A stretch of 64,000 nucleotides of DNA, from NCBI GenBank assembly GCA_043799405.1, contig JAZDNT010000002.1, positions 171,320-235,319 of the forward strand. The letters run 5' to 3'. A program made the translations under genes and the position numbers. Under the pieces are notes generated by a model. That model made no database searches and was not told the DNA's origin. It saw only the letters and a program-made list of their open reading frames with translations. The DNA comes from Candidatus Kerfeldbacteria bacterium. Lineage in GTDB: Bacteria; Patescibacteriota; Patescibacteriia; SBBC01. Positions 53,596-62,543 of the stretch are shown one piece after another. How positions within the stretch are numbered: the first letter of the stretch is position 1; each line of letters begins with the position of its first letter.

Positions 53596-54198
53596 GTGAC
53601 GAGTAATATTTCAAAGGCAATCGAAGTACTGAAGGCAGGAGGCCTGGTTGCGTATCCGACCGAATCGTTCTGGGCGCTCGGTGCTGATGCAACGGACGCT
53701 CGTGCAGTAAAAAAAGTTTTTAGATTGAAGGGCCGCGGCAAAAAACCAATTGCGCTCATTGCCGGGTCGATTGCACAAGTCGGACGTTATTTCCATGTCA
53801 CCGCAGAGGAACAGATTCTGATGAAGCGATATTGGCCTGGGGCATTGACGGTTCTGCTGCAGCCGAAACGACGGATTGCTGCGCGGGCGCTTGCTCCCAC
53901 CTCCCCCAGCCCCTCCTCGGGCAGGAGGGGGGATTTTGTGCGCCCGCGCATAGGCGTGCGGGTACCGAAACATACGATTGCGCGGAAGCTTGCAATCGCT
54001 GTTGGCGTCCCGCTGACGGCAACGAGTGCGAACATCTCAGGAAAAAAGCCGACGAAGTCGCTGGCCGTGATTCAGAGACGGTTCCCTGGTATCATGGTTG
54101 TATTCGGCAGTTGCGGTAAAGCGCGTATTCCATCGACTATCGTCAAGGTGCGTCGCAAACGCACGTATATCATACGGAAAGGATCAGTAACCATATAG
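53596..54198 (+). CDS. tsaC: L-threonylcarbamoyladenylate synthase (YrdC/TsaC type)
   Basis: LKAGGLVAYPTESFWALGADA, VFRLKGRGKKPIALI, YWPGALTVLL, IGVRVPKH, LTATSANISGKKP. GTG start assumed after GAGGAGG; the track ORF starts at 53488, inside the hairpin repeats. Confidence 0.85.
   Translation: MTSNISKAIEVLKAGGLVAYPTESFWALGADATDARAVKKVFRLKGRGKKPIALIAGSIAQVGRYFHVTAEEQILMKRYWPGALTVLLQPKRRIAARALAPTSPSPSSGRRGDFVRPRIGVRVPKHTIARKLAIAVGVPLTATSANISGKKPTKSLAVIQRRFPGIMVVFGSCGKARIPSTIVKVRRKRTYIIRKGSVTI
53910..53930. repeat. CCCCTCCT..AGGAGGGG hairpin copy located inside the tsaC coding sequence
   Basis: CCCCTCCTCGGGCAGGAGGGG, 18/21 nt identical to 53551..53571, read in frame as ..SPSSGRRG.. Confidence 0.65.
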
Positions 54199-54202
54199 TA
54201 GC

Positions 54203-55363
54203 ATGAGCCGATTCCGCCTTACCTGGCACTTCCCCCACTACTTTAAGAAGCACCTCTCGGTCCAGCTCGAGGAGTTGTACCTGACGTCTGCGATCACCGA
54301 CTTCGCAGTATCGGCGCTGACACTGTTCGAGCCGATCTACCTCTGGTCGCTCGGGTACCGCATCCGAGAACTGATGCTGTACTACTGCATGTTGTACGTC
54401 TTGTACTTCTTCCTCGTACCGCTCGGCGGGAAGTTCGTCGCGCGGTTCGGCCACGAGCGTTCGATCCTCATCTCGACCGTATGGATGGTCGGGTATTACG
54501 CCGCGCTCATGGCGATCGCCGATGTGTCCGCGTTCTTTTACATAGCGCCCGTCTTCTACGCATTACAAAAGACGTTCTACTGGCCGGCGTACCACTTTGA
54601 CTTCATTCGATTCTCGGTAAAAGAGGAGCGGGCGACCGAGTACTCCGGCATTGCCGCGCTCTCGACGATCATGTATACGATCGGACCGATCGCAGGCGGC
54701 GTTATAACGAAGTTTTTCGGCTTCAATGCCCTCTTTTTTACGGGAATCGTCGCAATACTCCTCTCGAGCATCCCGCTCTTTGCGATAACTGCTCCGCCAA
54801 AACGCGAGGAATTCTCGTACTGGAAGAGCTTCATACTCCCGTTCCGTAAGCGATACCACCGTACGACCCTTGCGTACCTTTCTCTCGGCAATGAACTCAT
54901 CCTGATGACCGTGTGGCCTGTGTTCATGCTGCTCGTCCTCGGTGACATTCTCGACGTCGGTGTGCTTGTCGGAGTTTCGGCGCTCTTTACTGCGATCATT
55001 ACGCTTATTATCGGTAAGTGGACCGACCGAACACCGAAGAGGAATGTCCTCGCGGTCGGCGGGCTCGGTACGATGGCGATCTGGATGCTCCGGATCGTGA
55101 GCAGGATCCCTCCGCTCGTTCTTGCGCTCGAGTGGCTCGGACGTCCGTTCTACAACTCCGCCGTGGTGAGCATGACCTCAATGACGTACGACCGCGCGCA
55201 TGAGGACGACTACTCGTGGCACGGCGTGCTCTACGAGCAGGGATACGCCATTGCGAAGTCGCTGATAGCGCTCGCCGTCTTCTTTCTAGCAAGCATAACT
55301 GATCCGTTCGCCGCGGCGTTCGTCCTCGCTGCGCTGGTAAGTCCGCTGTACTGTGTCTTCTAA
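54203..55363 (+). CDS. MFS-type transporter
   Basis: 386 aa with about 12 TM segments and a GGKFVARFGHER loop between TM2 and TM3. Confidence 0.7.
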   Translation: MSRFRLTWHFPHYFKKHLSVQLEELYLTSAITDFAVSALTLFEPIYLWSLGYRIRELMLYYCMLYVLYFFLVPLGGKFVARFGHERSILISTVWMVGYYAALMAIADVSAFFYIAPVFYALQKTFYWPAYHFDFIRFSVKEERATEYSGIAALSTIMYTIGPIAGGVITKFFGFNALFFTGIVAILLSSIPLFAITAPPKREEFSYWKSFILPFRKRYHRTTLAYLSLGNELILMTVWPVFMLLVLGDILDVGVLVGVSALFTAIITLIIGKWTDRTPKRNVLAVGGLGTMAIWMLRIVSRIPPLVLALEWLGRPFYNSAVVSMTSMTYDRAHEDDYSWHGVLYEQGYAIAKSLIALAVFFLASITDPFAAAFVLAALVSPLYCVF

Positions 55364-56189
55364 CACCGCTCAGAGCAACAGAGAACAGCTCCGCGCGCTG
55401 CTGCGTACGGCAGGCGTCGTTCCCCGCAGGAGCTCCGGACAGAATTTTCTGACTGACGGAACGGTTGTTGCCGACCTCATCGATGCTGCTCATGTTACGC
55501 GTGACGATACGGTGCTCGAGATAGGGCCAGGCTTGGGAGCAGTGACCGGCGAGCTCCTCGAGAGGGGCGCCTCAGTTATTGCGATAGAGCTTGATAGAAA
55601 ACTTGCGTCGTTTCTCGCGGAACGTTTCAGAACTACGGAACGCCTGAACATTGTTGCCGGAGATATCCGTACGGCTCATCTCGCCGCACTCGTTACTGAC
55701 GGACGCTTTAAGGTCGTTGCCAGTCTTCCGTTCAACGTAACGTCGTTCGTTCTCCGACGCCTGCTAGAGGAACCCCCGCGTCCGTCCGTCGTCTCGCTCG
55801 TTGTCCAGAAAGAGGTCGCTGAGCGCATCACTGCTCCGCCGGGCAAGATGAGCTTACTAAGCCTTGCAGCTCAGTACTTCGGAGTTCCGTCGATCGTCCG
55901 AGACGTGCAGCGTACATGCTTCTGGCCCACACCTGACGTCGATGCGGCTATCGTTCGTATCAAGATAAAGGACCCTCGACCTGTCGAGCTAACTCAGAAT
56001 GTTTTTCGGCTCGCCCGTATTGCGTTTTCTTCGAGGAGGAAGCTGTTCAGCAACACGCTGTCGTCTGGTCTCCATGTTTCGCCGGACCGCGTAAAAGAAA
56101 AATGCGTAAAAATCGGCCTGAATCCCCTGTGCAGACCCCAGGAAATTTCTGTAGAACAGTGGGAAAAAATGGCAGTTGAAATATTTTGA
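55353..56189 (+). CDS. rsmA: 16S rRNA (adenine1518/1519-N6)-dimethyltransferase
   Basis: SGQNFLTDGTVVADLI, VLEIGPGLGAVTGELL, VVASLPFNVTS. Confidence 0.92.
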   Translation: MSSNTAQSNREQLRALLRTAGVVPRRSSGQNFLTDGTVVADLIDAAHVTRDDTVLEIGPGLGAVTGELLERGASVIAIELDRKLASFLAERFRTTERLNIVAGDIRTAHLAALVTDGRFKVVASLPFNVTSFVLRRLLEEPPRPSVVSLVVQKEVAERITAPPGKMSLLSLAAQYFGVPSIVRDVQRTCFWPTPDVDAAIVRIKIKDPRPVELTQNVFRLARIAFSSRRKLFSNTLSSGLHVSPDRVKEKCVKIGLNPLCRPQEISVEQWEKMAVEIF

Positions 56190-56214
56190 CAATAGAACCC
56201 TGCTGTGCTATAAT
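56186..56214 (+). promoter_or_regulatory. Perfect-consensus sigma-70 promoter of the surface-protein operon
   Basis: TTGACA-17 nt-TATAAT. Confidence 0.65.
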
Positions 56215-56237
56215 TTATCCAACTATTAACATAAAAA

Positions 56238-56993
56238 ATGGGCACTGAATCACAAGAAGAAGGTAGCCCAAAGGGCTATGGAAAAACGCCTGAAAAACCG
56301 TCAGACGAAGCGGCGCAGCGACAGCGCCTTTTCAGCGTGGTTCTTGCCGTCGGCGTTGCAGGACTTGTCATCGGCGGTCTGTACCTTTATAACAGCATCA
56401 ATGCGCAGTTCCCGAAGGCGAAGGACGTAAACACGAACGCGCAGATAGCGGATGCAGAGGCTATAAACGAGCTCAAGAACTCTGATACGGATAAAGATGG
56501 TCTCTCGGATTACGATGAGCTGTTTCAGTACAGCACGAGCCCGTTCCTAAAAGACAGCGACGGCGACGGCGTTACGGATGACAAAGATGCCGACCCGAAT
56601 TGCCCGTCGGAGATCACGGGAAAAACGTGCGGTCCCGTCGCAACCTCCAATGCGAACAGAAACACCAATACATCCACAAGTTCTCAGGCAGCGGCCCTCC
56701 GTGAAGCGCTGAAGAAGTCAGGTGCGCCCGCGAACGTCGTCGACAACACTGATGACCAGACGCTGCTCAGGCAGTATCAGACATCGGTCTACGGTACGAA
56801 CGGGAACACGAACGGGAACACCAATGATTCGCTGGAAAATGCCGACCTCTCGGATCTCAATGCGACACAGGTGCGATCGCTCCTCGAGGCGAACGGCGTC
56901 GATGCAGCAACACTGGACACTATCGATAATGATACGCTCATGACGATCTACTACGACGCCGTCAGCGGATCTGACTCATCCTCGACTAACTAA
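56238..56993 (+). CDS. Membrane-anchored protein with thrombospondin-type-3-like Ca-binding repeats
   Basis: TM segment FSVVLAVGVAGLVIGGLYLY, then DTDKDGLSDYDE and DSDGDGVTDDKDADPN. Confidence 0.65.
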   Translation: MGTESQEEGSPKGYGKTPEKPSDEAAQRQRLFSVVLAVGVAGLVIGGLYLYNSINAQFPKAKDVNTNAQIADAEAINELKNSDTDKDGLSDYDELFQYSTSPFLKDSDGDGVTDDKDADPNCPSEITGKTCGPVATSNANRNTNTSTSSQAAALREALKKSGAPANVVDNTDDQTLLRQYQTSVYGTNGNTNGNTNDSLENADLSDLNATQVRSLLEANGVDAATLDTIDNDTLMTIYYDAVSGSDSSSTN

Positions 56994-57070
56994 TACGAGT
57001 GAAAAACTGTTTCGAACAACACGTCACGAAATCTCCCCCGTTACGAAAGGTTAGCGTCTTTAGCGCTAGA

Positions 57071-60000
57071 ATGACGCGCATCGTTGTATCCACGGTGCTC
57101 GTTGGATTTTCTCTCCTCGCCCTGACCTCGTCCGTACATCCGCAACCGGCGAGCGCCCAATTCCTCGATCCGACCTACCTCGGAGAACAAATGAATCAAT
57201 ATTCGGATGCTGTAAGCGATACAATGCAAAATGCCGTTGGCGGCGCTCTTTCGCAACCTGTAAACGTTGTCGCTAACCCCATCTCGACGAAACAACGGTT
57301 CATGGATAAAGTTCTGGCCAGGATAAAAGCAATACTGAAGGCCGCCGGAGACGTTGCGTATAAAACGAGCGTCAGGATCTTTTACCAGCAGCTCGCGAAC
57401 GTCACGACCGAGTTCATCCGGACAGCGGGAACCGGCATGAAGCCGATATTCATCACTGATCCGCACTACTGGGAGAAGGTCTTGGTCGGGGCGCAGAACG
57501 ACTTCCTCGACTCGATGGCGCAGGACGTTTTCGGGGTCGACCTCGCTGCTCCTGACGTTGAAAAGGAGAAGCAGATAGGCCTCCTCGTTAGGGGAGTATT
57601 AAACCCGGGGACCGTTTGCGAGGACGCGGTCGTGAAAGAGTACAACGAGAAGCAGGACTACATCGCGAAGATCAGCAAAGCGCTCGATAAGGCGAACCAG
57701 GACAAACGAGACGCGAAAAAGCAGCAACAGTCGGGCACCGCAGGCACGTACTCCATCTTCTGCCCGGTCGTCGGCGACATGACGAAAGATGCGAGGTTCA
57801 CAACGAGGGATGGCGAGGGGCAGTGGTCAGACCCGAACCTCTGTATAAACACCCTTGAGAGCATTCTATCCGAGGAACGCGCGCTCGCGACAAAGACCTT
57901 TACGAACAGGATGCAGGCATGCCGTAACAGCAGGGCATCGGTCCGGACCGACCCCATCTTAAAGGAGACGGTCGGTAATGAAGCAGTTGCTGCTGCTGTC
58001 CAGGAGTACTACGATCCGCGCAAGAACGATTTCGGCAACATCCTTGAGCTCTTGAACAAATCAGCTGACCGATCGCAGAGCGCTGTTTCAGCCGAGCAGA
58101 CCGCAATGAATACGCGCATCGCACCTCGGCGTACGACCGCGGGTCTTATCACGGCTCCGGCGGTCCTCGTCGAGGAGTACACGAAGCAGGCACTTTCAAA
58201 ATCGACCGAAGATATCAGCGTTTACACCGGCACGAAATTCGCCGACGTGATCTCGAGAGCGATCGGTAACGCCTTGATACAGCGAATCATGTACGAGTGG
58301 TTTAGGAAGCAGTGCGGCCTCAATCCGGACGCCTGCAAGGCGCCTTCAGGCACATCCCAGCAGGCACGGATCGTGTTCGGAAGTTCGACGAACGCGGAGG
58401 TCCGAAAGGTTTCGCTCGGTAAACCTACGATAATCGCCGGAGAACCTGGTCGTAATGCGACGCCAACCATAGACCTGATCGAATCGCAGGGGATCATCGA
58501 CCAGAGGTTCCGCGAAGCTATCGAGGAGCAGCTAACGGTCCAAGAGGCGATCGACAAGGGGCTCATTGACGGATCGAAGACCTTCGGGTTCGATCAGAGC
58601 AACAATATGGCGCTCGACGGTTACTCGTACCAGACGATCCTCTACCTTCGCAAAGCGCGCGTCGTTCCGGTAGGATGGCAGCTCGCGGCAGAGTACAAGT
58701 ACAAAGCGAGCGCCGCTGCATCGAGCCTCGGTGAACTCGCGTATAGCTTTGACGTATGCGGGCAGGACGAGTTCCACGACGACGATCCGCGGGTAACGAA
58801 GTACTGTACCGGCGGCTCCAAAGCCGATTCGGTCTGTACCGATAATAACGACTGCACCGGCGGCGGAACCTGCCTTGAGCGGTTCACGCCAAGCCCGTAC
58901 TGCGGCCTCGTCGATCCGGACTGGGTGCTTAAGGCTCCGCTCTCGTACTGCCGGAAGCAGGGCGCAGGAGAGGAGCTGGTCTCGAAGATATACCTCTGTG
59001 ACGATGATACAAACGGGAACGGCAGGGTCGACTGCAGCAACAACACAACAACGGGCGGAGACATCGGCCACTTCGATATCCAGCGCACCGAGGACACCTG
59101 CGTCGATGAGCCGACGTGCGTTGCTGAGAACGAGGACGGCTCGTGCCTCTCCTACGGATACTGCTTCGAGGATCGGCGGACGTTCCGCTTTGACGGCGAC
59201 CAGTGTCCGTCGTACTACAACTCGTGCCAGGCGTACTCGAATGCCGCAGGGGAGAGCGTCGCGTACCTTACGAAGACGATCGACAGGAACGGCTGTTCAT
59301 CCGATAACGCCGGCTGCTATGCATACTGCGGCGACCGGAGCGGTAGCAGCAAGAAGTGGATGTGCGTATCCGATCCTGGCATCGAAGGCGACTATCAGAG
59401 CGTCGCGTGTACTGCTGGCGATACCTGTACGTGCCACAACGCCGACGGCGAGACGTGTGCCATTTCCAACGGCACAGACCAGTGCACGCTGCCGTCAGGA
59501 CTCTTGTGCGTTCTCGGAAAGAACTACCTCTTCTTCAACAGGAACGCCGAGCAGTGCGATTCGACCGATGCCGGATGCCGAAAGTATATCGATACGATCG
59601 CGCCGACGAACCTCCTCGGGAATTCGAGCTTCGAGGCGATAAGTGGAGGCACAATTCCTGGCTGGGGTGGGCCACTACAGAGCGTTACGAGCGACCTGAC
59701 GCTTTCAGGCGATAATAAGTTAGCAGCAAAAATTCCTTCGGGAAGCAATCTCTTCTATTCGAATAACAAGATTGGTAACGAAGCCGGTATCGACACTGGC
59801 CGCCCGATCAGTTTCCAGACGTTCACGTTCTCATACTACGGTAAGGCAGAAGCGAACTCGTGCGGCGGGACGTTCGGCGTCCGGACGCCTGACGGAGCGT
59901 ATACCGATCAGTCGCCGACGAACGCTGTATACATTAATACGGCATGGCAGCGTTTCACCCATACCTTTACCGTTCCTGACCTCGGGTATGACAATGATAT

Positions 60001-62539
60001 TACAAAAGCGCCGCGAATCCTTCAGCCGTACATCAATGGCTGCGCTGAAAATGTTGACATCGACGCTGCCCAGCTCGAGATCGGAGATACCGCGACGGAC
60101 TTTAAGGAGTACGGTTCAACGAACCTTACGTACCTTAATGATCGTCGTCGTACGTGCGAAAGGGTTGATGTCGGTTGCGAGCGGTACTCGCCAGTAGTCG
60201 GCGGTGATTCGATCACCGGCGTCGTCAATCCGAAAGATCGGTGTTTGAAGGAAGATGTCGGATGCAAGCAGTATCGGAAAGAAGCGATCACTCATGTACC
60301 GTACCGTGATAAAGTTGATCCTATCAATCTTGTACCGACGTCGGGTAAAAGCTGCCTAGCAAGCGACGTTGGATGCGAAGAGTATACGAATCTCGATAAA
60401 CTCGCTGCGGGCGGGGAAGCGCGCGAGTACTACACGAGGATCAAGCAGTGCGTAAAACCAGTAACGAACTCAGCAGAGCAAGCGACCTACTACTCGTGGG
60501 TCGGCGACGATCGTTCCGGGTTCCAGCTGCGATCGTATCGGCTCAAAGTGTCTAATGTTTCACTCCCTGGTGAGGTTGGGAACGCACCATGCACAAACCT
60601 GACTATAACCGCTGCCGCAGATCAGAATAATCCGGCGTGTCAGGATTCGAACATTGTCGGTAACCAGTACTACCCGAAGATTTGCACCGCAGCAGACATC
60701 GACACGAATCCGGACTGCGTACAGTACTTTGACGAGAACGGCAACGTCTTCTACCGCCTCGACAGCTACATCGTACCGGTGAGCGATCAGTGCGCCCCGT
60801 ACCGGAACACGCTCGATGAGTCAGAGGGAAAAAAGTTCGTATACCTTATCCTCCCAGACGAAAGCACGACGTGCTCTGCAGGCGCTGCGATGTGCCGCGC
60901 GTTCACCGGGAACGCCGGAACCAATGTACGCGTCGCTGCGAACTTCAACTTCGAGACTCAGAACGCGATCGGGGAATGGCAGACAACAGGGACTCCTCCA
61001 GAACTCAGCAGCGAGAGCGTCAATCCGCAGGGGCATTCATTAAAGGTTACGGATTCCGTCGCAACAGCCAATGCCGCATTGAACGGGAAACTCAAGACCG
61101 GCGGTACGTACACGATGTCGTTCTGGGCAAAACCGGAGGTTGGGAGCACGCAATTGTCTCAGGCTTACCTCTATATCAACGACGCAATTACCGTACCGAT
61201 CGTGACGAACCTCTCGCTAGCAGACGGCTGGCATAACTACACTGCGGGACCGGCGACAATCGGAGCCGGGGTAACGACGATCAACACGGCGGAGCTGCGA
61301 TTCGCAGTGGCCAGCGCAGTATTCTTCGACAACATCCAGCTGCAGGAGATCACTGACAGCGTCTACCTCATCGATAAATCATACCACGAGTGCGTTCCCG
61401 CGAACCTCGGCTGTCAGGCGTATACCGACCGCGCGAACAAACCCAACTATATAAAGAGCTTCACGAAACTCTGCGATCCTAACGTCGTCGGGTGCAGCGC
61501 TTTGATCGATATGCAGAACACGTCCGATCCGTATACGTCGCTTCCGATACACGGCGTGAGCGTTCCGCAGGATGTCACTTCGAACTTCATCATTGAGAAG
61601 AACGCGATGTGCAAAGCGGATGCGGTCGGCTGCACCGCGCTCGGTATGCCGATCCTCGACGTCAACAAGAAGGTGAAGTCCTTCGAGACGGTCTATATCA
61701 AGGACAATGGCGACAAGCACGTCCAGATCCTCTGCGGAAAGGATGACCTCTACTGCTCCGAGTTCACGACGGACAAGGGTACGAAGTCGTACTTTAAGGA
61801 CCCGGGATCGCAGACGTGCCAGTACAAGCGGCTCGGCGGAGAAAAGGGGTACCACTGGTACATAAGAGGCACAACGATCCTCTGTCCGATCGTATCTCCG
61901 CCGACCGAGGGAATTCCGAGCGGCAGATCGTGCGTCAGAACATGCGATGCTGGGTCTCGTGCAGGACTCGCGTGTGTTAACAGTTACGACTGTCCCGACG
62001 GCTTATGCGCCGGCGCCGATGAGCTCATCGGGAAGTCGTGCACGAAGAACATCGACTGCACGGTCGGAGGCAATGCCGTCGGTATGAAGTGCGATACGTG
62101 GGTCGGTATCTGCCCCGAGGAACAGAGCGGGTGCAATGAGTACCGCGATCCGACCGAGCCTAATCCGTGCCGTTCGATGTGCGGCTATCAGGTCGATAAC
62201 GGACGCGTCGTGTATTTCGATTCGGAGTGCCGACCGACGACCTGCGTCGGAGGGGCACGAGATGGCGCGTACTGCCGCATTGACAGCGACTGTCCGGGAA
62301 AGTGCGAAGGCGGTAAGAACAAGGATTTTGCCTGTACGTACGACACCCAGTGTCCGACGAGCACGTGCGTACGGGCAACGTGTTCTGGCGAAGGGGTTTC
62401 GGGTTGCCGTTCCTACTACTACATCCGCGACACTGTCGAGAAGAACTCAGCTGAGTGCAACGGAAGGATCGACTACACGCTCGGCTGCCGTCCGTTCAAC
62501 GATACGTCGAATTCCGTCCTTAACTATCGGTCATACTAA
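57071..62539 (+). CDS. Giant secreted Cys-rich surface protein (~1820 aa)
   Basis: Signal peptide MTRIVVSTVLVGFSLLALTSSVHPQPASA, many C..D.DC.GG.C-type modules, and two CBM-like segments (NLLGNSSFEA..GWGG; NFNFETQNAIGEW). The track ORF starts at an upstream GTG, 56999. Confidence 0.75.
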   Translation: MTRIVVSTVLVGFSLLALTSSVHPQPASAQFLDPTYLGEQMNQYSDAVSDTMQNAVGGALSQPVNVVANPISTKQRFMDKVLARIKAILKAAGDVAYKTSVRIFYQQLANVTTEFIRTAGTGMKPIFITDPHYWEKVLVGAQNDFLDSMAQDVFGVDLAAPDVEKEKQIGLLVRGVLNPGTVCEDAVVKEYNEKQDYIAKISKALDKANQDKRDAKKQQQSGTAGTYSIFCPVVGDMTKDARFTTRDGEGQWSDPNLCINTLESILSEERALATKTFTNRMQACRNSRASVRTDPILKETVGNEAVAAAVQEYYDPRKNDFGNILELLNKSADRSQSAVSAEQTAMNTRIAPRRTTAGLITAPAVLVEEYTKQALSKSTEDISVYTGTKFADVISRAIGNALIQRIMYEWFRKQCGLNPDACKAPSGTSQQARIVFGSSTNAEVRKVSLGKPTIIAGEPGRNATPTIDLIESQGIIDQRFREAIEEQLTVQEAIDKGLIDGSKTFGFDQSNNMALDGYSYQTILYLRKARVVPVGWQLAAEYKYKASAAASSLGELAYSFDVCGQDEFHDDDPRVTKYCTGGSKADSVCTDNNDCTGGGTCLERFTPSPYCGLVDPDWVLKAPLSYCRKQGAGEELVSKIYLCDDDTNGNGRVDCSNNTTTGGDIGHFDIQRTEDTCVDEPTCVAENEDGSCLSYGYCFEDRRTFRFDGDQCPSYYNSCQAYSNAAGESVAYLTKTIDRNGCSSDNAGCYAYCGDRSGSSKKWMCVSDPGIEGDYQSVACTAGDTCTCHNADGETCAISNGTDQCTLPSGLLCVLGKNYLFFNRNAEQCDSTDAGCRKYIDTIAPTNLLGNSSFEAISGGTIPGWGGPLQSVTSDLTLSGDNKLAAKIPSGSNLFYSNNKIGNEAGIDTGRPISFQTFTFSYYGKAEANSCGGTFGVRTPDGAYTDQSPTNAVYINTAWQRFTHTFTVPDLGYDNDITKAPRILQPYINGCAENVDIDAAQLEIGDTATDFKEYGSTNLTYLNDRRRTCERVDVGCERYSPVVGGDSITGVVNPKDRCLKEDVGCKQYRKEAITHVPYRDKVDPINLVPTSGKSCLASDVGCEEYTNLDKLAAGGEAREYYTRIKQCVKPVTNSAEQATYYSWVGDDRSGFQLRSYRLKVSNVSLPGEVGNAPCTNLTITAAADQNNPACQDSNIVGNQYYPKICTAADIDTNPDCVQYFDENGNVFYRLDSYIVPVSDQCAPYRNTLDESEGKKFVYLILPDESTTCSAGAAMCRAFTGNAGTNVRVAANFNFETQNAIGEWQTTGTPPELSSESVNPQGHSLKVTDSVATANAALNGKLKTGGTYTMSFWAKPEVGSTQLSQAYLYINDAITVPIVTNLSLADGWHNYTAGPATIGAGVTTINTAELRFAVASAVFFDNIQLQEITDSVYLIDKSYHECVPANLGCQAYTDRANKPNYIKSFTKLCDPNVVGCSALIDMQNTSDPYTSLPIHGVSVPQDVTSNFIIEKNAMCKADAVGCTALGMPILDVNKKVKSFETVYIKDNGDKHVQILCGKDDLYCSEFTTDKGTKSYFKDPGSQTCQYKRLGGEKGYHWYIRGTTILCPIVSPPTEGIPSGRSCVRTCDAGSRAGLACVNSYDCPDGLCAGADELIGKSCTKNIDCTVGGNAVGMKCDTWVGICPEEQSGCNEYRDPTEPNPCRSMCGYQVDNGRVVYFDSECRPTTCVGGARDGAYCRIDSDCPGKCEGGKNKDFACTYDTQCPTSTCVRATCSGEGVSGCRSYYYIRDTVEKNSAECNGRIDYTLGCRPFNDTSNSVLNYRSY

Positions 62540-62543
62540 CCCT

